NCBI GenBank assembly: GCA_965197745.1
Contig: CBDANS010000005.1
Location: 224,001 to 288,000, forward strand
DNA length: 64,000 nucleotides
Source of the DNA: Opitutales bacterium
GTDB lineage: Bacteria; Verrucomicrobiota; Verrucomicrobiia; Opitutales; PNEW01
Direction: 5' to 3'
The notes under the pieces: generated by a model
Databases searched by the model: none
Told to the model about the DNA's origin: nothing
What the model saw: only the letters and a program-made list of their open reading frames with translations
In this document: piece after piece, positions 27,184-38,083 of the stretch
Numbering within the stretch: the stretch's first letter is position 1
Layout of the letters: every line of letters begins with the position of its first letter
Made by a program: the position numbers and the translations under genes

Positions 27184-28591
27184 TGATTTTCTCTTGATTA
27201 GTTTACTTGCTTTGGCCCGATTTGATCTGCCCAAAGAAGATACTCCTGCGCTTGCCATAGAGGAAGCAAGCAGGGGAGATCGACACGAGGAAGACCTGAT
27301 TGAGGTTTTGAAAAATGCCCTGGAAAATGAAAAGGGGGAGAGCAGTAAAACGATTGAGGAACTCGAATCTGACAAAGATAATCTTGAAAGCCACTTACGT
27401 GATACCCGCGATAGTTTAAAAAAGAATGAAGAAGCTGTGCATCGGTTAGGGTTAGAAAAGGAAGACTTTGCTAAACGCTACATGGACACGAATGAGAAGC
27501 TGAATTTATCGAAAAAAGAACACGCAAATCTATTAGAAAACCTCACTTTATCAAGAGAGCGGGCTGCAGCGAGCAATGAGCGGGTCAAGCTTCTACAAGA
27601 GCAACTTCAATCAAGAGAACGGGATATTGAAAAGAAAGAAAATGAACTCCAGTCAGCCCAGGAAAAGCATTTGGCTATAGAACGTGAAAAACAGAATCTT
27701 TTCACTGAAATGAAAATTTATGAAACGGAAAAGAGATTACTGGAACAGAATCTTGTGGCTGCGAAAGCTGACATTGACACGATTAGAGTGGAAAAAGAGG
27801 TAATCCAAAGGCAGGCTGCGAAGTTAGCAGATGGTGTCTCTAATCTATCGGTGCAATCCACGCGCATTGAGGAAGAAATGCGACAGATGCAACCGCGATC
27901 GCTTAATTCAATATTTAGCGATTTTACCGATAACCGTGTCCTCGTCAGTTTCGATACTGAGGTGCGTAGCATTATAGGTTCGCGTAGTCGGCGCTACGAA
28001 GCAAAGTCGATATTTATTACCGAGGGAAAAGACATTTACGCGCTCATCCATACACGGGACACTCCGTTTTATGTCACGGAAATCGTGGGAAGCCTGTCAA
28101 AAGTTGACGGTATTTTGACGGTCAATGACCGGGAGCTACCGATCTCTCAAGTGGGATTCCTCACTGTCGACCCACGGCTTATGGTAATTGCAGTATCACC
28201 ACAGGTAGCTGAGCAATTGGATATCAAAGTGTTTCCCTTAGCTAGAGATCCCCTAAAGTATTCTCAGGCCGTCCTTATCGGAAGTGATGAAGGATATTAT
28301 GGGGAAAGTGATTTCAAATTAGATCACCAGGGAAATCGGTTTTTAACCATGCAGCCCCGATTATTTAATCGGCTTTTTGGGGAATTTTCACCATCACGCA
28401 GTGATTTGGTATTTGCCAAAACAGGGAGTTTCATGGGGCTTATGATAAATAAGGAGTATTGCGTTCTGGTGGATGATTTCGGGATAGAAGATAGGTTACT
28501 TATTGGAAATGATTTTAAGAGCGAAGAGTCTGAAACAATCACCCATAAGCTTCGCGAACGGCTCAATCAACTCCCCGTCGATTTACAATGA
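27155..28591 (+). CDS. Single-pass coiled-coil protein with MotB/ExbD-like N-terminal helix
   Basis: LLLIISDFLLISLLAL with an Asp in the membrane segment, about 200 aa of coiled coil, and a beta-rich C-terminal domain. Overlaps the upstream gene. Confidence 0.6.
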   Translation: MSRALLLIISDFLLISLLALARFDLPKEDTPALAIEEASRGDRHEEDLIEVLKNALENEKGESSKTIEELESDKDNLESHLRDTRDSLKKNEEAVHRLGLEKEDFAKRYMDTNEKLNLSKKEHANLLENLTLSRERAAASNERVKLLQEQLQSRERDIEKKENELQSAQEKHLAIEREKQNLFTEMKIYETEKRLLEQNLVAAKADIDTIRVEKEVIQRQAAKLADGVSNLSVQSTRIEEEMRQMQPRSLNSIFSDFTDNRVLVSFDTEVRSIIGSRSRRYEAKSIFITEGKDIYALIHTRDTPFYVTEIVGSLSKVDGILTVNDRELPISQVGFLTVDPRLMVIAVSPQVAEQLDIKVFPLARDPLKYSQAVLIGSDEGYYGESDFKLDHQGNRFLTMQPRLFNRLFGEFSPSRSDLVFAKTGSFMGLMINKEYCVLVDDFGIEDRLLIGNDFKSEESETITHKLRERLNQLPVDLQ

Positions 28592-28610
28592 ATGACCGAT
28601 TCTCGATAAT

Positions 28611-29447
28611 ATGGAAATAGCTCTATTCGACTCCCCGAATCGCTATTACCAACATATTAGAGGTTTTCTTTTAAAAAACGAAGACGAAAACAATCTAATA
28701 ATCGGTATTTTATCACGCTTGGAGAAAAATGATATTATTCTCAATGAAGCTTTTTTAGCGGCGGGAGTAGAGAACGCTATGGTGATCGGCGCGGCACTCT
28801 ATATCCCCCCGCGCAATTTAATTATTACACGCGCTAAAATAGAGGTCATAACCCTATTTGCAAATTACCTGGCCTCTCATATAACACCTATACCCGGAGT
28901 AATGGGGCCGGCGAAAGATGCGCAAGCGTTTGCCAATATCTGGGCGGATAAAACAAAAGCGCATGTCGCCGCCAATCGTCGAATGCGCATATACCGTATA
29001 GATAAAGTGAGTTTACCTAAAGCAGTGCCTGGAAATATGCGTCTGGCTGAGAGGGGGGATATGAAATTCCTGAATGGTTGGTTTACCGCTATGCTCAGTG
29101 AGATTGAAGAGAGTGATTCTCCAGATATTGCTCAAGAACTCTTGTCAAATACAATTGAAAAGAGAAATCTCTTTCTCTGGGAAGATGGCAGTGCTGTCTC
29201 AATGGCGGGCACTACCCGGAGCACACCGAACGGCATGAGTGTCAACCTGGTTTATACCCCAAAAAAATATCGACGCCGCGGATATGCCAGTAATCTGGTG
29301 GCGTCACTAAGTGAAAGTATTATTCAATCTGGGAAGAAATTCTGTACCTTATTTACAGACCTTGATAATCCAACGAGCAATCACATCTACATGAATATTG
29401 GGTACTATCCTGTGAGCGATTTTACCGAGTACCGTATTTCACAGTAG
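28611..29447 (+). CDS. GNAT-family N-acetyltransferase
   Basis: VYTPKKYRRRGYAS, LFTDLDNPTSNHIYMNIGY. Confidence 0.9.
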   Translation: MEIALFDSPNRYYQHIRGFLLKNEDENNLIIGILSRLEKNDIILNEAFLAAGVENAMVIGAALYIPPRNLIITRAKIEVITLFANYLASHITPIPGVMGPAKDAQAFANIWADKTKAHVAANRRMRIYRIDKVSLPKAVPGNMRLAERGDMKFLNGWFTAMLSEIEESDSPDIAQELLSNTIEKRNLFLWEDGSAVSMAGTTRSTPNGMSVNLVYTPKKYRRRGYASNLVASLSESIIQSGKKFCTLFTDLDNPTSNHIYMNIGYYPVSDFTEYRISQ

Positions 29448-29519
29448 CATAAGCAAAGTGAGCGCTAAAATATTTATCTATAATAAATGCGAAAGTCACC
29501 TCTGGTGAATCAGCAATTA

Positions 29520-30795
29520 TTAGTAGGGTTTTCGATAGCGCACCCCATTTTTATCGATAAACACTAAATATCTGGATTCGCTATCAATGGCAATAAAACG
29601 AATCCCTAAATCGTGATTAACAACTGCATCTATGCTGAAGACAGAGGTATTCAAAAGCACCATGGGGCGCTCACCTTTGGATTTTACCCCCTTGACAACA
29701 AGACTATTTAAAAATTCTACAACGGCTGGATCAGGAGTCGGTTTTTGAACAACGGGTTCGGGAGCAATTGTTTCTGCCGGCACTTCTGGTGCTGGTGCTT
29801 CATATAACTCGGGTTCTTCCGGGGGGACCTGTGCAACCGGGCTTTCATCTTCAGTGGTACTCTCTCGAGTGTGCCTGATGATTGATGGGCCCGGCTCTTC
29901 GTCCGAGGAAGAAGGCGGGCTCGCTTCTTCGGCATCAACAAGTTCGGAAAGCGGGGATTCAGCATCCATGTGAATGCCGCCAATTTTTTCAGCTACGGAA
30001 CGTGCCTTTTGAATGGGATTAGTAGGAGCGGGGGGGGTGATTTTTTCAGCGGTCGTTTCTTCAGTAGTTTCAGTGGAAGTAAAAGCAGAAACAATGAGAT
30101 AGATTGCGCCTACTAATAGTGCGGCAACAAGAATAAAACCGGTCCCTAATTTTAACAGTATCTTAAAATTTGAAGCTTTTTTTGGCGCAGTTGCTCCCGA
30201 TTCCTGGCCACCCGGATCTTCTGAATCTGTCCTGGCCGGAGGTGCGGGTGGGGGTGCCGCAGATGGGGGTGCAACAGGAGGGGGAGGTGGTGCTTGGACA
30301 GTAGCTTTCGGTGGAGCTACCGGAGGTGGAGGCTTTGCCGTTTCTTCTGGCGGCGGCTCGGGCTCCTCACTCTCGGGAACCAACGCATCCGTTTCAATCT
30401 CCTCATCGATGGGTTCCTCGATATTTTCCTCAATATCTGGCGTAGTTTCAACCGGGGGTGGGCTGGCACTAACGTCTTCTTCAGGGGGAGGAATCGGGGT
30501 TACTTTATTTTCTTCCGCCGGAGGGGTCTTTTTTAATGAAAGACTGGGTTTTTTTTCGGGAACAGCTTCCTCAGGCGTTTTTTCGCTTTCATTCTCAGCG
30601 GAAGATTGGGGGTTCCTCTTCAGGATTTTCTGAATCAGACGATTGAGGATCCTTCTCGGGTGGATTCTCACCAGAAGCTTTCTTACGTAATGAAAGGCTG
30701 ATTTTAGGGCGTTGTTCTTCTGATGAGCCCGAATCTGAATTACTGGGTGAATTCGGCTGTTCGTCAGAATTGTTTGGTGTAGGTGTATCCGGCAT
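29520..30795 (-). pseudogene. Pro/Glu-rich single-pass membrane protein with GspB-like C-terminus, frameshifted in a C5 run at 30608-30612
   Basis: The 30595-30795 ORF (MPDTPTPNN...EEEP) and the 29520 ORF (...PQSSAENE) join if one base is removed. The C-terminus resembles that of the upstream gene. Confidence 0.6.
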
Positions 30796-31567
30796 CGTCA
30801 ATTAATATTAGCTCTCTAGTTTTAATAGCCTTAATTTTCAATTTCAACTCCTTATTTATAATTGAATTAATACTATATACTTTGTTCCCCATCAATAGTT
30901 TACTGTTATTTCCTGAGATTCTGATCCCCCGAATTTGCAACTGATCTACATAGGCTATACTCACTGGATTAGGGCCATTGATCATCCCTTCTGCTGAAGA
31001 ATGAGTTGACGCGTTATGCGAAGTTAAGGCCTCCTGAGAAGGAGTCTGTGTATGTGGCGCCCCAGGAGAAGCGGGAACAGACTGGGTGCTGGAGGTATTA
31101 GCATTTTCTGCTATAGATGAGGGATCGGCGATGGATGGAGAACGGGTAAGGGTTTCAGGCGCTTGCTGGCTGTCTTTATTGTCATGAAGCGACTTAAAAC
31201 TGATAGCAGGAAGATTATTTCCCCCGGCTCCAATGGAAGGAGGGGTCAGCGCATTTGCGGTCTCATTAGTGGAGCCCGACTGCGTTGATGAAGCATCTAT
31301 ATCCTGAGGTTGTGGGACCACGACAACCTGTCCTCCTGTGGAATTTCTATCTATTATACTGATGACAAGAAATGCCACTAAAGCCGCGATGATAATAGTA
31401 AATATCATGACTCCCATGAGCACTTTAAATAAATCGGGTTGCCCTGAAGGAGTTGGTGTTAGTGTTGAGGACGGCGAACCCGGTGACGGGGGCGCGGTTG
31501 CAGAAGATACCTTACCTTCGGTTTGCACCTGCTGTGCCTTTTTAAGGGCTTCATTAATAAGGCTCAT
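30764..31567 (-). CDS. GspB/ExeB-like protein
   Basis: N-terminal MSLINEALKKAQ typical of ExeB, one transmembrane helix, low-complexity linker, small C-terminal domain; overlaps the exeA stop. Confidence 0.7.
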   Translation of the reverse strand: MSLINEALKKAQQVQTEGKVSSATAPPSPGSPSSTLTPTPSGQPDLFKVLMGVMIFTIIIAALVAFLVISIIDRNSTGGQVVVVPQPQDIDASSTQSGSTNETANALTPPSIGAGGNNLPAISFKSLHDNKDSQQAPETLTRSPSIADPSSIAENANTSSTQSVPASPGAPHTQTPSQEALTSHNASTHSSAEGMINGPNPVSIAYVDQLQIRGIRISGNNSKLLMGNKVYSINSIINKELKLKIKAIKTRELILIDDAGYTYTKQF

Positions 31568-32379
31568 TTTATTCGCAACTCCTTTATAGCCCGACGAACA
31601 TCCCAATAAGTTACATCATCTGATGATCTAATATAGGAAGATAGAAGCGATTTGTCACATATATTATTAACCATCCTGGGAATACCCCGACTTGCGTTGT
31701 ATATTTTTTTTAAAGCTGAATTCGTAAAGCGCGGGCGTCCTTCACTTCCCGCGAGAGTTAAGCGATGATGAATGTAGCGCTGGGTATCATCAAAATTGAG
31801 TGGGTTGAGTTCATAGTAGACAAGTATACGCTGCCTAAGCTGTCGCAATCGGTTTTGCGTTAGTTTAGCTTTTAATTCGGGTTGACCCAACATAATGATT
31901 TGCAGGAGCTTTTGTTTATCTGTCTCAAGATTGGAAAGCAGGCGTAAATGCTCCATCGTTTCAAAAGCTAAATTTTGAGATTCATCGATAATGAGCACGA
32001 TGTCTTTTCCCGCGTGAATACGATCGAGGAGCACCTGGTTCAAGTGATCGATAAGATCGATACGACTGCCTGTTTACGCTTTTTCTGTTTCACCCAACTC
32101 CATAAGTATGGCTTTAAGAAGTTGAGTTTCACTGAGACGAGGATTCAAGATTAAGGCAGTCTCGTAGCGATTAGTATCTATATCATTTAATAATTTGCGG
32201 CAGAGTGTGGTCTTACCACATCCCACTTCTCCGGTTAGGACTATAAATCCTTTCTTTTCCTCAATCCCATATTTCAAATGAGACAAAGCTTCCTGATGGG
32301 TGTAGCTGAGGTAAAGAAATTTTGGGTCGGGACTGATATTAAAAGGCATCTCCCGTAAACCGTAATGACGCTGGTACAT
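31564..32379 (-). pseudogene. exeA: ExeA/GspA-family AAA ATPase with in-frame TAA at 32074-32076
   Basis: MY..HYGL...PF...PDP.FLY, GEVGCGKT, IIDESQNL, LRLLSNLET, GQPEL, GIPRMVN. Both ORFs are in the same frame, separated by one stop. Confidence 0.85.
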
Positions 32380-32504
32380 TATTTATTAATATAGTTTGGC
32401 TATGTTTATAACAGAAAATGAGAGATTATAAAACAGCAATGTGCTTTTTTCTTTTCATAAGTCCGTTGAACTGTTAAAATGAATTTTGAAGGAACGGATT
32501 AGCG

Positions 32505-32807
32505 ATGAAAATAAATGGGTTACCTCGAATGTTTTTATTTCTGTTATCAGGGGTACTGTGTTTGGTCGTATTTTCTCTAGTTATGGTGCTTCTGCAAACG
32601 TGGCGCGAATACGATCATTTTAAAGAACGTGAATACCAGTATGAACAGCGCCTGTTAAAAACTCAGACTGAATTTCAATCCAAAGAAGAATATTTTAATC
32701 GTATTCTTAATGACCCGGAGTTTCTTGAACGCATCGTAAGAGAAAAACTCGGTTACACTCGTCCCGATGAGATGATATTCCGCTTTGAGGATTCCTCAAA
32801 GCGCTGA
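32505..32807 (+). CDS. ftsB: Septum formation initiator (FtsB/DivIC family)
   Basis: Transmembrane helix, coiled coil, DPEFLERIVREKLGYTRPDEMIF. Confidence 0.8.
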   Translation: MKINGLPRMFLFLLSGVLCLVVFSLVMVLLQTWREYDHFKEREYQYEQRLLKTQTEFQSKEEYFNRILNDPEFLERIVREKLGYTRPDEMIFRFEDSSKR

Positions 32808-33050
32808 GCTTCACAGCGTTTAAGTCCTCGTCTGATCAACGATTTCTGTTTTAGTAATTGTTCTTCAATTTCAATCCAGGGATCGATTGTCAAGCATATC
32901 TGAAATTTACCTGTTCAATAATGATCAAATATCCGATCTATATTGATTGAACATTCGATTTGTCTACGAATAGATTTCACCTTAATAGTCGTAGTCATTG
33001 TATTTTTTAAAAGAGGATACTTATCTGAATAGATAGGGAAATCTCGACCT

Positions 33051-35015
33051 ATGGATATCGTAAAAAAAATAAATTCCGCTCGTGATCAATCCAAGCTCTT
33101 TGAAGTTGCGGTTCAGAACATTGAAACCTGGCTCAACAGTAAATTTCTTCCAAGCTGGGTGTTAGCGAGTATTGAAGAGTTAGTGAAAAAAAAAGAATGG
33201 GGTGAACTTAACAACCGTTTTTATAAAAATTTGGAATTGGGGACTGGGGGTATGCGGGGGCGTACTATTGGAGAGATTGTCACTCGAGCAGAAAAAGGAG
33301 AGCCCTCCGAATTCGGTGCGCCTCAACATCCCGCGGTTGGATCGGCCGCTCTAAACGATTTTAATATAATCCGCGTTACTCTCGGACTCTATCGGTATTG
33401 CCGTATTTTTTTAAAAGAGAAATCCTCAAATAATGAATTACCGAGTATTGTAATCGCTCATGATGTTCGATACTTTTCGCGTCACTTTTGTGAGCTGGTC
33501 GCTTCAACATGGGTAGCACTCGGTGGTCGGGCAGAGATTTTTAATGGGCCGCGTTCAACGCCACAGTTGAGTTTTTCGGTGCGCTATCTCAAAGCTACAT
33601 GTGGCGTTGTTGTTACCGCCAGTCATAATCCGCCCCATGATAATGGTTATAAAATATATTTTGAAGATGGAGCGCAAGTGGTTACACCTCACGCTGATGG
33701 GATTATTAATTTTTTCAATGACGTTAAACTGGATGAAATCTCGACTTATCCGGATAAAAATATGGAGCGTGTAGTCACCCTGCCAGACTCTCTGGATCAT
33801 GACTATCTGGATGCATTAGAAGAAAATGTAATCGATCGGGACCTCCTGGAAAATAATAGGCCCAAAGTAGTCTTCACTCCTATCCATGGAACGGGAAGCG
33901 TCATTTCTTTTCCCCTGATGAAGCGGTACGGAATCGAAGTTATTTCGATTGAAGAACAAAATAAGTTGGATCCTCGCTTTCCCACGGTAAAATCACCCAA
34001 TCCGGAAAATCCGGAGGCGCTCAGGCTGGCAATGGAGAAGGCTGTAGAAGCAGGGGCCGAGTTAGTTTTAGCTACTGATCCGGATGCTGATAGAATGGGC
34101 GTGGCTGTAGCTCAGAGCGAGGGAGAAATGGTGCTGCTCAGTGGAAATATAATTGGAGCATTGCTCGCGGACTACCGTATCACGAAATTAAAGGAGATGG
34201 GACTGATTCCTGGAAATGGCAGCAATCAGGCAGCCCTTATAAAAACTTTTGTTACTACACCTTTCCAAGAGGCGATAGCTGTAAGTCACGGTTTAAAAGT
34301 GATCAATACGCTCACTGGATTCAAATGGATAGGGGAGAAGTTGAAGTTTTACGAAGATCAACTGGTAGAAAATATTCATGAGACTGAAAGTGTTTCTCTG
34401 GATTACAATTCCCTCACATATCACAAACGGGCCGAACTTCTTTTGCGTTACAGTACTTTTTATATATTCGGCGGCGAAGAAAGCTATGGTTTTCTTGGGA
34501 CTGATGGTGTTCGGGATAAGGATGCGAATGCGGCGGCCATAATGTTCTGCGAATTAGCCGCTGCTATAAAAAAAGAGGGCATAAGTATCGTTGAACATCT
34601 AGATAGGCTCTATATTAAATACGGATACTATCTCGAAGACTTGCTTAACATATATTATGAAGGCGCAAGCGGTGCCGCTCGAATACAAAGAATTCTAAAT
34701 TCTTATCGTTCTGATCCACTTAAAAATATAGAAGGATATGAGGTCGTTAAGTTTACAGATTTCGGGAGGCAACACATAGAAGATGCCGATGGCAAAGTAA
34801 TTCCCAAGCAGGATTTTTATATGTTTGAGCTGGATAATGGTTACTCTTACGCCGTGAGGGGTAGCGGTACCGAGCCCAAGATAAAGTTTTACCTCTTTGC
34901 TAAAGAAGAGGTGGAAGAACCTGGAAAACTTGATGAAATTAAGAAGAGAGCTGCCAGCAGCCTAATAAAAATAAAGCGAGCCATCGAGAAAGACGCTCAT
35001 CTCCGTGCCGGTTAA
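33051..35015 (+). CDS. Phosphoglucomutase/phosphomannomutase
   Basis: GTGGMRG, TASHNP, DPDADR, GEESYG, RGSGTEPKIKFY. Confidence 0.95.
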   Translation: MDIVKKINSARDQSKLFEVAVQNIETWLNSKFLPSWVLASIEELVKKKEWGELNNRFYKNLELGTGGMRGRTIGEIVTRAEKGEPSEFGAPQHPAVGSAALNDFNIIRVTLGLYRYCRIFLKEKSSNNELPSIVIAHDVRYFSRHFCELVASTWVALGGRAEIFNGPRSTPQLSFSVRYLKATCGVVVTASHNPPHDNGYKIYFEDGAQVVTPHADGIINFFNDVKLDEISTYPDKNMERVVTLPDSLDHDYLDALEENVIDRDLLENNRPKVVFTPIHGTGSVISFPLMKRYGIEVISIEEQNKLDPRFPTVKSPNPENPEALRLAMEKAVEAGAELVLATDPDADRMGVAVAQSEGEMVLLSGNIIGALLADYRITKLKEMGLIPGNGSNQAALIKTFVTTPFQEAIAVSHGLKVINTLTGFKWIGEKLKFYEDQLVENIHETESVSLDYNSLTYHKRAELLLRYSTFYIFGGEESYGFLGTDGVRDKDANAAAIMFCELAAAIKKEGISIVEHLDRLYIKYGYYLEDLLNIYYEGASGAARIQRILNSYRSDPLKNIEGYEVVKFTDFGRQHIEDADGKVIPKQDFYMFELDNGYSYAVRGSGTEPKIKFYLFAKEEVEEPGKLDEIKKRAASSLIKIKRAIEKDAHLRAG

Positions 35016-35081
35016 GCAGTCGGTTCTCTGGGAAGAGAAGGGCAAAGTCAGAGAGGGGGCAGAATCACAAGCGGCCAAATT

Positions 35082-36344
35082 TTATACCGTCAAAGTATTG
35101 CTGACTTGAAAAACGCTAAATATAATACTTAAAGCGATGATAGTAACGAGAAGAAAGGCAAAGATAAGTGCTCCCGTAGAGATCACCGCGGTTAGAATTT
35201 GCAAATACCGGGTCAGCTCTCTCCGGTAGATCTTTGTAATTTCGCGAAGACTGTTAACTAAATTCCCGGTATTTTCTCCAACCGCTAAAATGTCCAATGC
35301 GATATCAGGCATAAAATCTGTATGCTGAAAAGCTGAAGCCACGGATGCGCCTTCCTGGATCTGCTGACGGCTTTCACTAAATTTGGCTCTGAGCTGTGTA
35401 TTGGAAAATGATTTTTCAGAAAGGCGCAGGGTTTCCGTGGTATTGATTCCGCTCTCTATGAGGGTCGCCATCAGACTGGAAGACTGGAATATTTCAGAAT
35501 AGTAGAAAATAGTACCAATAAAAGGAATGCGGAGAAGCCAGTAATCGGTTTTTTTACGACCTATCGGTTTTTTTCTCCACTGCAGAATAACTACCGCTAA
35601 TAGAGCGGTAAAAAATACAACAAAAGGACCTGCTTTTAAGGTTAAATCTGCGCCATTGATAAGAATTTTTGCAAACAACTGTAATTCCCCCCCCAAAGTT
35701 TCAAGCATGGTTCGGATTTTAGGGAGAAGGAAAAAAAGAAAAAAAGCGACGACCGCGATGGCGATAATGCAAATAAACACAGGATATGCCAAACTGTTTA
35801 GAATACGACGGCGCAGTTCAGCTATTTCCTCCATTTGTTCGACGATCTTTTTAAGGATAGGCGTTAGATTACCGGTTGCCTCTCCCGCTTCCACGAGATG
35901 GATACTGGACTCACTGAAAATGTCTGGCATCTCAGCCATTGATTTTGAAAGGGTATAACCTTCGCTGAGATTTCTCCAAATTTTTTCGCAAAGAACTTTG
36001 ATATTCGGATCACTCAAGCGTTGCCCCAAAAGACGAACCGCGTCGCCAAGAGGCATGCCGCTGGCAAGCAGTTCCATCAATTTTTGCATAAAATTCAAAG
36101 ATAATTTCTGCTTTGAATAAAACCTGAATGACGGACGTATAAACTTCAGGATGCGACCTCGAAATAATGAGCTACTTGAATGCGAGAGATCTTTTTTGGC
36201 CGCCTGATCGAGAAGTGTAATCGCGATCGGTTTAATATCCTGGGATGTTAATTTTTGTATGACTTGCCTGCGGTCGACAGCATCAATATCGCCCGTAATA
36301 GTTTCACCGGCAGGAGCAATAGCTCTGTAATAAAAGGTTGGCAT
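35082..36344 (-). CDS. gspF: Type II secretion system protein F
   Basis: LLASGMPL, AGEATGNL, LAYP, LLRIPFIG, VGENTGNL. Confidence 0.9.
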   Translation of the reverse strand: MPTFYYRAIAPAGETITGDIDAVDRRQVIQKLTSQDIKPIAITLLDQAAKKDLSHSSSSLFRGRILKFIRPSFRFYSKQKLSLNFMQKLMELLASGMPLGDAVRLLGQRLSDPNIKVLCEKIWRNLSEGYTLSKSMAEMPDIFSESSIHLVEAGEATGNLTPILKKIVEQMEEIAELRRRILNSLAYPVFICIIAIAVVAFFLFFLLPKIRTMLETLGGELQLFAKILINGADLTLKAGPFVVFFTALLAVVILQWRKKPIGRKKTDYWLLRIPFIGTIFYYSEIFQSSSLMATLIESGINTTETLRLSEKSFSNTQLRAKFSESRQQIQEGASVASAFQHTDFMPDIALDILAVGENTGNLVNSLREITKIYRRELTRYLQILTAVISTGALIFAFLLVTIIALSIIFSVFQVSNTLTV

Positions 36345-36385
36345 TAATTTGAATAGATAATGAAGAATCCAGGATTAAGATATCT

Positions 36386-38071
36386 TCATTCATCACCGAG
36401 TTTTGACACTCTCATGATCTCGTGAAGAGAGGTATTCCCCTGTTTAACCTGGTCCCAGCCAGCTTGCTGTAAGGTAATCATACCCGATTTTAATGCTTGC
36501 TGACGAATATGTCTCGAAGTCTGTTTCTGGATGATCATTTCGTGTATTTCATCATTAACTCGCAGATTTTCGAAGATGCCAATTCTCCCTCGATACCCTA
36601 GGTTATGACAGATCTCACAACCCAGCGGTTCGTAAATTGTTGCCGATAAATCTTCAGGAGTGGGTTGAATTTGCAAGGTCTGTAAGCAACTCTCCAGATA
36701 TCCTCGTTCAAGTATTTCAGGCTTTTTGCATTGCTCGCATAGACGCCTTATAAGTCTTTGAGCTATAATGAGTTCTACTGACGAGGCAATCAAGAAGGGT
36801 TCGATCTCCATATCGATTAGACGGGTCAGAGCGCCTGATGCATCGTTAGTATGTAAGGTGCTGAAGACAAGGTGGCCGGTAAGTGCAGCGCGAATGGCGA
36901 TTTCTGCCGTTTCGCGGTCTCGAATCTCCCCGACCATAATGATATCGGGATCCTGGCGAAGGACATGTCTGAGAGCACCAGCGAAATTAAGGCCAATTTC
37001 AGGGCGCACTTGTATCTGATTAACACCGGCCACTTCATACTCTACGGGATCTTCGATCGTGATAATACGATTTTCGGGCTTATTAATATCCCGAATAAAT
37101 GCCGTCAGTGATGTCGACTTGCCGGCACCGGTAGGACCTGTGACTAGAATTATGCCATGGGGCAAATCGAGAACTTTCTTGATAACATTCTGCCCTTCAG
37201 CCGAAAGGCCCAAATCTTGAAAGCCCAAGGGTTGATTTTTCTGATTAAGCAACCTGAGGCTTACACTTTCCCCGTACATCGTGGGCATAGTCGAAATTCG
37301 AATATCCAGTTCATTGTCGTCCGCTCTGTAATTTATGCGTCCATCCTGAGGGCGGCGTTTCTCAGAGATATTAAGTTTTGCCATAATTTTAAGACGAGAA
37401 ATGATTGCCCCTTGAAAATTGATGAGATTATCAGGCATGCGAATGGCAATAAGTTCTCCATCAATCCGATAACGAATTTGCAGTGATTCCTTAAGCGGTT
37501 CGACATGAATATCCGTTGCGCGATCTTCCACCGCAGTACGAATAATATCATTCACGAAACGAATAATTGCCGCATTCTCATCTTCATTTTCTTCTATTTC
37601 GCGTCCGCTGTTATCACTTTCATTTAAGCCGGTATCACTTAAGCTGCTTGAGCCAACGCCGAAATTCTGGGTGATGGTATTTGTGACTGTTTTGGCCAGG
37701 CCAAGATACCATTGGGGGCGTTTTCCGCAGACCGCGAAAATCCAATCATCCATTGCGTGGTCAGGGGGCCAAAGAGTAATTAGGTTTAATTCTTCATCAT
37801 TGCGACCAATAAATGGTAAGCATTGGTATTCATGAATGAGTCGTAGGGGTATTAATTTTGTCGCCTCCGGGTGAGGATCAAAATCATCAATTACTTCAAG
37901 ATTACAGAGGTTACCGATATGGTTTATTAACTGGCTTTCAGTCTGACCCATATATTGAGATAATAGAGGTAGCCGGTTCTGGCGTGGAGATTCCTCGAGT
38001 AAAGTCAACTGGTCCGGTTCCAGTTTTACGGTAAAATCTTCAAGCGGATTCTTATTTAAATGAGCGATCAT
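36386..38071 (-). CDS. gspE: Type II secretion ATPase E
   Basis: ATDIHVEP, EKRRPQDG, GPTGAGKS, TIEDPVE, LRQDPD, TGHLVFSTLHTN, CxxC pairs. Confidence 0.94.
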   Translation of the reverse strand: MIAHLNKNPLEDFTVKLEPDQLTLLEESPRQNRLPLLSQYMGQTESQLINHIGNLCNLEVIDDFDPHPEATKLIPLRLIHEYQCLPFIGRNDEELNLITLWPPDHAMDDWIFAVCGKRPQWYLGLAKTVTNTITQNFGVGSSSLSDTGLNESDNSGREIEENEDENAAIIRFVNDIIRTAVEDRATDIHVEPLKESLQIRYRIDGELIAIRMPDNLINFQGAIISRLKIMAKLNISEKRRPQDGRINYRADDNELDIRISTMPTMYGESVSLRLLNQKNQPLGFQDLGLSAEGQNVIKKVLDLPHGIILVTGPTGAGKSTSLTAFIRDINKPENRIITIEDPVEYEVAGVNQIQVRPEIGLNFAGALRHVLRQDPDIIMVGEIRDRETAEIAIRAALTGHLVFSTLHTNDASGALTRLIDMEIEPFLIASSVELIIAQRLIRRLCEQCKKPEILERGYLESCLQTLQIQPTPEDLSATIYEPLGCEICHNLGYRGRIGIFENLRVNDEIHEMIIQKQTSRHIRQQALKSGMITLQQAGWDQVKQGNTSLHEIMRVSKLGDE

Positions 38072-38083
38072 CAGTAATAAAAA

